Positions 58,286 to 64,000 of a stretch of 64,000 nt of DNA are shown one piece after another. The notes beneath the pieces are model-generated. The model saw only the letters and a program-made list of their open reading frames with translations. It made no database searches and was not told where the DNA came from. Source of the DNA: Candidatus Hadarchaeota archaeon (GTDB lineage: Archaea; CAYQAE01; CAYVLA01); the NCBI GenBank assembly GCA_964452145.1, contig CAYVLA010000006.1, forward strand, positions 19,876 through 83,875. Direction: 5' to 3'. The translations under genes were made by a program, and so were the position numbers. Numbering within the stretch: position 1 is the first letter of the stretch; each line of letters opens with the position of its first letter.

Positions 58286-59662
58286 TTGCGCGCCATGAAT
58301 GATTCATCGCCGTGCAGAACCCGAGAACGCAGGCAGAACATCGTTCTCATTCTCGTTGACGATCTAGGATGGGTGGATCTAGGCTGCTACGGATCCAGCT
58401 TCTACGAGACGCCAAACATCGATGCTTTGGCCAGGCAGGGCATGCGCTTCACGCGGGCATACTCCTCTTGTCCTGTATGTTCGCCTAGTCGCGCTGCCAT
58501 CCTGACGGGCAAGAGTCCAGCCCGCCTCCGCTTCACCGGCCACATAACTGCGACCGGCCGCCATCGCTACCCCCAGCAGGGTCGCATCATCCCCCCTAGT
58601 GATCGTCTGTACATCCCCTTGGACGAGATCAGCCTAGCCAGGGCGCTAAAGCCCGCCGGCTATGTCTCGGCCAGCATCGGGAAGTGGCATGTGGGCAACG
58701 AACCCAAATACTGGCCACTCGGCCACGGCTTCGACATCAACGTGGCCGGCCACACCCATGGTAGCCCCCCGAGCTACTGGTATCCATACAAGTGCCCTGA
58801 CCGTGAATGGAATGCCGAGATCCCGACACTGAAGGGGGGAAGAGATGGAGAGTATCTAACCGACCGGCTGACCGATGAGTCCATCAGATTTGTCGAGGAC
58901 AACAGGGACCGCTCGTGGTTCCTGTACCTTCCGCACTACGCGGTGCACACCCCATTACAGGCCCCGACCGAACTGGTGGAGAAGTACAAGGCCAAGATGC
59001 GTTTCGATCGATCCCAGAAGAGCCCCGTGTATGCCGGAATGATCGAGAATCTCGACGATAACGTGGGCCGTCTGCTTGGGGCTATAGGAAGGCTGGGACT
59101 GGAACAGGACACGGTGGTGATCCTCACCAGCGACAATGGTGGCACCCTTAAGGCTACGTACAACACACCGCTCAGAGGCGGGAAGGGATACCTGTACGAA
59201 GGCGGAATAAGGGTACCTCTCATCGTGAGGTGGCCGGGCCGGGTTAAGGAGGGGAGCGTGTGCGAAGTCCCCGTGATAGGCGAGGACCTCTACCCCACGA
59301 TAGTCCGGATCGCAGGTGATGGATGTATCTCTAATGACGTGGTCGACGGAACAAGTCTGGTCCCATTGCTCAACGGTGCACAGGCCGGGCATGAGAGGGA
59401 TCTGCACTGGTACTACCCTCACTACGCCCCGGAGGCCGAGATGCCCGGAGCGTGCATCATCTCGGGCCGCCTCAAGCTGATCCATCATTACGACCCGGAG
59501 AGACTGGAGCTGTACGACATCGTCCACGATCTGGGGGAGAAGCATGACCTGTCCAAGGAAATGCCAGAAGAAGTCGAATGCCTACAAAAGAAGCTGGGTG
59601 ACTGGCTGTCATCGGTCAATGCCCAGATGCACTCATTGAACCCGGAATACGAGCCCCGATAA
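58286..59662 (+). CDS. Sulfatase (Cys-type, arylsulfatase A-like)
   Basis: NIVLILVDDLGW, CSPSRAAILTG, GKWHVG, TSDNGG and KGYLYEGGIRVP. Confidence 0.95.
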   Translation: MRAMNDSSPCRTRERRQNIVLILVDDLGWVDLGCYGSSFYETPNIDALARQGMRFTRAYSSCPVCSPSRAAILTGKSPARLRFTGHITATGRHRYPQQGRIIPPSDRLYIPLDEISLARALKPAGYVSASIGKWHVGNEPKYWPLGHGFDINVAGHTHGSPPSYWYPYKCPDREWNAEIPTLKGGRDGEYLTDRLTDESIRFVEDNRDRSWFLYLPHYAVHTPLQAPTELVEKYKAKMRFDRSQKSPVYAGMIENLDDNVGRLLGAIGRLGLEQDTVVILTSDNGGTLKATYNTPLRGGKGYLYEGGIRVPLIVRWPGRVKEGSVCEVPVIGEDLYPTIVRIAGDGCISNDVVDGTSLVPLLNGAQAGHERDLHWYYPHYAPEAEMPGACIISGRLKLIHHYDPERLELYDIVHDLGEKHDLSKEMPEEVECLQKKLGDWLSSVNAQMHSLNPEYEPR

Positions 59663-59902
59663 TTCCGACGGACCAGCTCATCTTTAGGTGGGGATGGCGT
59701 ACATCTCGGCCGCTTCGCAGCAAGCCATCGAATGCAGCGACGGTGATATCCCGAGCTTCGAGGATTTGTGCGGCTTCTGGGGCACTCCCTGAAGAAAGGC
59801 AGCCATGATCGCCGCGCCGCGTCGGCCCAAGGAGCTTTCCTCCGGCCGTGGTGCGCTGAGATCCGCGTTTGTGTGTCCCTCGATTCCCTTGACACCAGTG
59901 AC

Positions 59903-61219
59903 TCACGTCCTCCTTCGGTTGGCTTGCTCCCAACACTTCAACCGTTGGAGGAGGCACTGCACCGCAGAGGCGTACTCTGGGTCCGCCACCTTATTGTCAA
60001 GCTCTTTGGGGTCCTTGTCGAGGTCGTAGAACTCGCCCGGAGAGCCGTTGTACGCGATCATCTTGGCCGATCTCGTTCGCACCATCTGCACGTGCTCGTC
60101 TGCCATACCCACCATGTGGCTGAAGACTGCATCCCGCCACCCATCTGTGGTCGGCCCCTTATCAAGCAGAGGCACAAGCGATCTTCCCTGCACCCCTGCG
60201 GGACACTCCGCCCCGACCAATTCGCAGATGGTGGGCACGATATCAACGTGCTCGACAAGTTCCGGCCGGGCTGCTGGGGATACACCTGGAACATTCACGA
60301 AGAGTGGCACATGCACCGAGCCCTCGTACATGACGAACTTCAGGAACAACTCATGCTCCCACATCTGATCCCCATGATCGACGGTCCAGATCACGATGGT
60401 CCGGTCTCGAATGCCCAGATCATCCAAGCCGTCCAAGACCATCCCGCAGTAGGAATCGGCAAGCTCGATCATTCCGTAGTAGCCCGCGATCATCTGGCGG
60501 ATCTCAACCTCCGTTAGGTGGCTCCACTCGGATCTCTTCTTCACCACGTAGTCGTGCGGGGAACGGTCGCCCGGAGCACCTAGCTGAGGCAGCTCGATCC
60601 GGGCTTGGTCGATCTTCTCGTATACCTCGCGAGGCGGGTAGAAAGGAGGATGAGGCTCGCTGAAAGCCATCCAGCACAGAAATCTCTCGTTTCGATCCAC
60701 CGCGGAACTGATCTGCTCTATTGCTCTGTTCGCCAGATAGTATCCTGAGTATTGCTCTCGGGTTCGTGTGCTCGGCCCGCCCGTAGTCCGTCGGGTGATG
60801 TTCTGGGACTCCCAGGCGCAGCGATCCACGACCTCCTTGGGCATGGTCTTGCGCCAGTCCTCGTTCGTAATCCAGGGCTCATACCCGGTATCCATCCGCC
60901 GGTCGGTCCAGTGCATGTGGCCAAGCTGGAAGCATCGGTAGCCCAGCGGTCGAACGGCGTGCGCAATCGTGACCAACCCAGGGAAGGGCATGCTCCTGTT
61001 GCTGAGAACGCCGTGGGCATGGGCATAGAGTCCGGTGGCGAGCGAATGCCGCGCCGGAGCACACACCGGCGACTGGTCGAAGCAATTCTCGAAGCGAACG
61101 CTCCTTGATGCAAGCTTGTCAAGATTCGGGGTCTTCGCAAGCCGATTGCCAGCACAACCGAGCGCATCAAATCGGTGATGGTCGCACATCAGCACAAGCA
61201 CGTTCATCGGCTCATCCAT
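59903..61219 (-). CDS. Sulfatase (Cys-type, choline-sulfatase-like)
   Basis: NVLVLMCDHHR, CAPARHSLATG, PHPP, DHGD and MYEGSVHVPL. Confidence 0.93.
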   Translation of the reverse strand: MDEPMNVLVLMCDHHRFDALGCAGNRLAKTPNLDKLASRSVRFENCFDQSPVCAPARHSLATGLYAHAHGVLSNRSMPFPGLVTIAHAVRPLGYRCFQLGHMHWTDRRMDTGYEPWITNEDWRKTMPKEVVDRCAWESQNITRRTTGGPSTRTREQYSGYYLANRAIEQISSAVDRNERFLCWMAFSEPHPPFYPPREVYEKIDQARIELPQLGAPGDRSPHDYVVKKRSEWSHLTEVEIRQMIAGYYGMIELADSYCGMVLDGLDDLGIRDRTIVIWTVDHGDQMWEHELFLKFVMYEGSVHVPLFVNVPGVSPAARPELVEHVDIVPTICELVGAECPAGVQGRSLVPLLDKGPTTDGWRDAVFSHMVGMADEHVQMVRTRSAKMIAYNGSPGEFYDLDKDPKELDNKVADPEYASAVQCLLQRLKCWEQANRRRT

Positions 61220-61821
61220 ACGTTTCACTTCCGGAGCCGCGATCATCCTACGCAGGATCTGGGACCGGCAGCACCCGAAGGATTTAATGTTTCGTCGACG
61301 TCTGACGTCTGCACTGCACATCCATCGGATCCGACCCTGGCCCTGGCTTAAGGGACTGAGGGTGAGTTGTCCAGGTCTGCCAGGGTCTCGATCGCCTACC
61401 TAGACCTGCATCCGGACCGAGGAGACCCAGATCCGATGTTGAATCTCCGCCTGGGACGATGACAGGCACGCTATCCTCGTTCCGGTTCTTCCCGTTGCCC
61501 GACTGCTGACGTTCTCGGCAGTCCAACATGCACTGGATCTGAGAGGTGTTATGAGAGCTTCTCCATTGCCGCGTCCCAAGGGCCGGTTGATTGGCAATCC
61601 ATAGGTGATGGTGATCTGCCTCATCGCATCGCTCCTTGGAAAACCCCTGATATCGGATTGGTCCAAGGCCGGTGTGACATGCTCGATCACCTGAGGGCAT
61701 CCCAAGTCGGATTGGCCCAGGTTGTGAGTGGGCGGCCTTGCAGACCGCCCGCAACCGGCAGCTCAGCAGATCCCTTCCGGCAAACTTATCTATGGCTGCT
61801 CCAGTCTGGAAGGGACCCGAG

Positions 61822-63090
61822 ATGAGAGGACTTCCGCTTGTTCCTACGCTGCTACTGATCGTCTGCCCGGGCCTCATAGCTGGGGTCACGGCTCAGTCCA
61901 CCAGAGGCATGCACATGATCGCCGTCGGGACTGTCCTGCCCATGGACACTCCGGTGGTACACTGGTGCGCTGATGAGCCACTAGTATCCTGCTCAATCAT
62001 ACCGACAAGGCTCGGCGGAGCCACCTACGAGGCGGAGCTGGCCCAGAAGATGATCAGACTGTACTTTCCCCGCCGACTTGACCGGACGACCGTGGATCTG
62101 GTCCTCTTCTCCGCCGGGGATGTGGTCCATCTGACCACTTCCCAGATAGCCGCAATAGCGGCAGGGGTTGAGCAAGGTGTCGGCGCGATCGCCGACGTAG
62201 GCGGGACGAGCGTGATATCACAGTCGATAGACTCCTGGATCGCCTCAGGCGTAGGCGCCATTTTTCCGAACGACGTTGCGGCAGTTGTGGGGGGCAGCTA
62301 CAGCCAGGTACAGCCGGGACGCCCCGGGTATTTCCTCAGCGGGGTGCCCTACACGATAAAAGTCAGGGATGAGGTGCCCGGCAACCCTTTCACTCCCTTC
62401 ATTTCAGTCGGAATCGAACGGGTCCGAGGTCAGGCCGGAAGGAATATGGTGTCCAGGCCCGGATCAACGGTTCTCGCCAATGTGATCGGCAACTACGGCT
62501 TTCTGAAGGATAGGACGCCTTTCTCGCTGACGTGGGAATACGGAGGGGGCAGAACGCTGACCGTTTGCGAGTGGTTCGGCCACCCTTTCTGGAGCGACTA
62601 CGGGGGGCTGATCCAGCAGTGCGAGAACGCGTATGCAGCCGAGCTCTTCGTCAATCTTCTCCTCTACGTCACCCGCAGACCGATATTCGAGGACATACCT
62701 CAGATCCACAGGATCAAGGAGCTGGCCAAGGAGTACAGAATCCAGAGGGGAAACCTGCTGTCGGTCATCGAGTTCGCGGCCGCTTTCGGCGCCAACATGG
62801 CCCAGATCGAGCGTGGCCTTGACGAAACGGAGAAGAGAAGAAGATCCGCCGATGCCCTCTACATGGAAAGTAGCTTTGACCAGGCCTCGACGATCTTGGA
62901 ATCCACGCTGGTAGAGCTTCGAGATGCGGTCGAACGTGCCATCGTGTTGAAGAATCGCGCATTAACCGATGTCTACATATCCGAGTGGCTAGCCGTGACC
63001 GGGACCCTGGTGATCTCCGGATACACCATCTACGCAGTAATGATCAAGAGGAGGATCTACAGGGAGGTCACCGCGACGAGATCCTTGTGA
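61822..63090 (+). CDS. Membrane-anchored paralog 7
   Basis: Signal peptide, RLYFPRR, FAAAFGA, ALTDVYISEWLAV and MIKRRIYREVTATR. TTATCTA box upstream. Confidence 0.85.
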   Translation: MRGLPLVPTLLLIVCPGLIAGVTAQSTRGMHMIAVGTVLPMDTPVVHWCADEPLVSCSIIPTRLGGATYEAELAQKMIRLYFPRRLDRTTVDLVLFSAGDVVHLTTSQIAAIAAGVEQGVGAIADVGGTSVISQSIDSWIASGVGAIFPNDVAAVVGGSYSQVQPGRPGYFLSGVPYTIKVRDEVPGNPFTPFISVGIERVRGQAGRNMVSRPGSTVLANVIGNYGFLKDRTPFSLTWEYGGGRTLTVCEWFGHPFWSDYGGLIQQCENAYAAELFVNLLLYVTRRPIFEDIPQIHRIKELAKEYRIQRGNLLSVIEFAAAFGANMAQIERGLDETEKRRRSADALYMESSFDQASTILESTLVELRDAVERAIVLKNRALTDVYISEWLAVTGTLVISGYTIYAVMIKRRIYREVTATRSL

Positions 63091-63168
63091 GCCCAGCACA
63101 CCGCATTTCGCTGGGTTCGGGTCCATCAAGATGGCTTCACACTGGAACAAGAAGGCTCTCCTCCCCGA

Positions 63169-63925
63169 TCAATGTCCTCGTGTCGTCCCGACGGCCTTGT
63201 ACAACCTCTGCCGAACCATTAAGGACCAGATGGCAACCCCTGCAAGCATGGCCGTCCCGGAGACGGAAAGGTACTCGATCACATAGACCCAGAGGAGCGC
63301 CCTAGTCTTGGACTCGATAGCCGCTTTCTCGGCCGCGTAGAACTGCTCGCCCAGCTCTCTGATCTTGACCAATGCAATCTGATAATCCTCCTGAAGGTAT
63401 GCCCCGTCAATCTCGCGCTTGATGGCCTTCACGACCCTGAGCCTCTCCTCCATCTTCTTCGTGCTCGCTCCGAACTTCTCTATGAAGGCCATGAAGTCGT
63501 TCATCAAGCCAAGCCAGGTCGAATAGGTCTGGAAGCTCTTCCTTATCGTGTGCATGGTGGCAGGGTCGCTTGGGCACTCCATGCCGACCACGAAGTAGTT
63601 TAGGTTCAGCACGAAGTCGATCCAGTACTCCCAGCGATCTTGCCATATGCCCGATCCTTTGTAGAACCCGTGCAGGTCGCAGGTGAAGGAAAGAGCCCGG
63701 CCCTTGCCGATGTCCCAGTAAGCCATGAGCGGCTCGTTCTGTGGTCGAACGTCCATTAGGAGGGTGCTTCCCGCCTGGTCGTGACTTTGTCTATCTCCAT
63801 CAGAGGAGGGGCCGTGTCGAACGGCAGCGAACCGGTGAGGGTGTTTTGCACAACGACCCTGACCCGCATGGGTCCTTGAACAAACATCTGGGTTAGTGAG
63901 TTGGTAGGCAGAAGGTTTGTATCAA
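63169..63925 (-). pseudogene. Membrane-anchored paralog 8, frameshifted near 63773; 5' part disrupted or outside the window
   Basis: The C-terminal ORF has FIEKFGA, ALLWVYVIEYL and LMVRQRLYKAVGTTR. The upstream frame LLPTNS...LPFDTAPPLMEIDKVTTR aligns with paralog 2 and needs one extra base to join GSTLLMDV. Confidence 0.7.
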
Positions 63926-63950
63926 GGTAGCGCAAGCCCGGCCAGGGTCT

Positions 63951-64000
63951 GAATGGTATCACTTGGGCATAAGGTGAATGGTATCACTTGGGCATAAGGT
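63951..64000. repeat. Perfect 25-bp tandem repeat (2 copies visible; may continue past the window)
   Basis: GAATGGTATCACTTGGGCATAAGGT at 63951-63975 and 63976-64000. Confidence 0.9.

Noticed and set aside
29464..63925. Diversity-generating retroelement driving the paralog family
   Set aside because: No reverse transcriptase and no near-identical template/variable repeat pair; the paralogs are broadly diverged.
63951..64000. CRISPR array
   Set aside because: The units are directly adjacent with no spacer, and no cas genes are in the window.
1..64000. Transposases, integrases, rRNA, and Sec/Pyl readthrough genes
   Set aside because: No such motifs were recognised, and no in-frame stop interrupting a recognisable protein was found by eye.

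Overview
High-GC, gene-dense window that looks archaeal: GGAGGTGA/GGTGA ribosome-binding sites and TATA-like (T/A)TTATC, TTTAAA or TTTATA boxes about 25-45 nt upstream of many starts. The lineage is inferred, not identified. No rRNA, tRNA, CRISPR array or intact mobile element was recognised. The left half is a heterotrophic toolkit: an FGE-fold/BNR fusion, aryl sulfotransferase, GH116, GH151-like fucosidase, a sulfatase, N-acylglucosamine 2-epimerase and several large unknown proteins. Three Cys-type sulfatases and three UroD/MtaA-family genes are spread across the window. Three things stand out. (1) A dispersed family of 8 paralogous predicted surface proteins (7 intact, 1 frameshifted) between 29.4 and 64 kb. 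They combine a signal peptide, a divergent GATase-I-like domain with an R[LI]YxPR motif, a helical stalk, and a strongly conserved TM helix plus RRxLYRxVxxTR tail. (2) A cobalamin cluster at 30.9-36.4 kb: a fused B12-binding/TIM-barrel mutase-like protein, a GlmL-like accessory factor, an opine dehydrogenase and a divergently transcribed CobO/BtuR adenosyltransferase. This suggests an uncharacterised AdoCbl-dependent amino-acid or opine pathway. (3) A ~235-nt, heavily base-paired non-coding element at 24830-25065 inside an island of small orphan ORFs. Also noted are probable CTG start codons, small membrane peptides, and a 25-bp tandem repeat at the window edge. All product calls come from motif recognition by eye; no searches were run.
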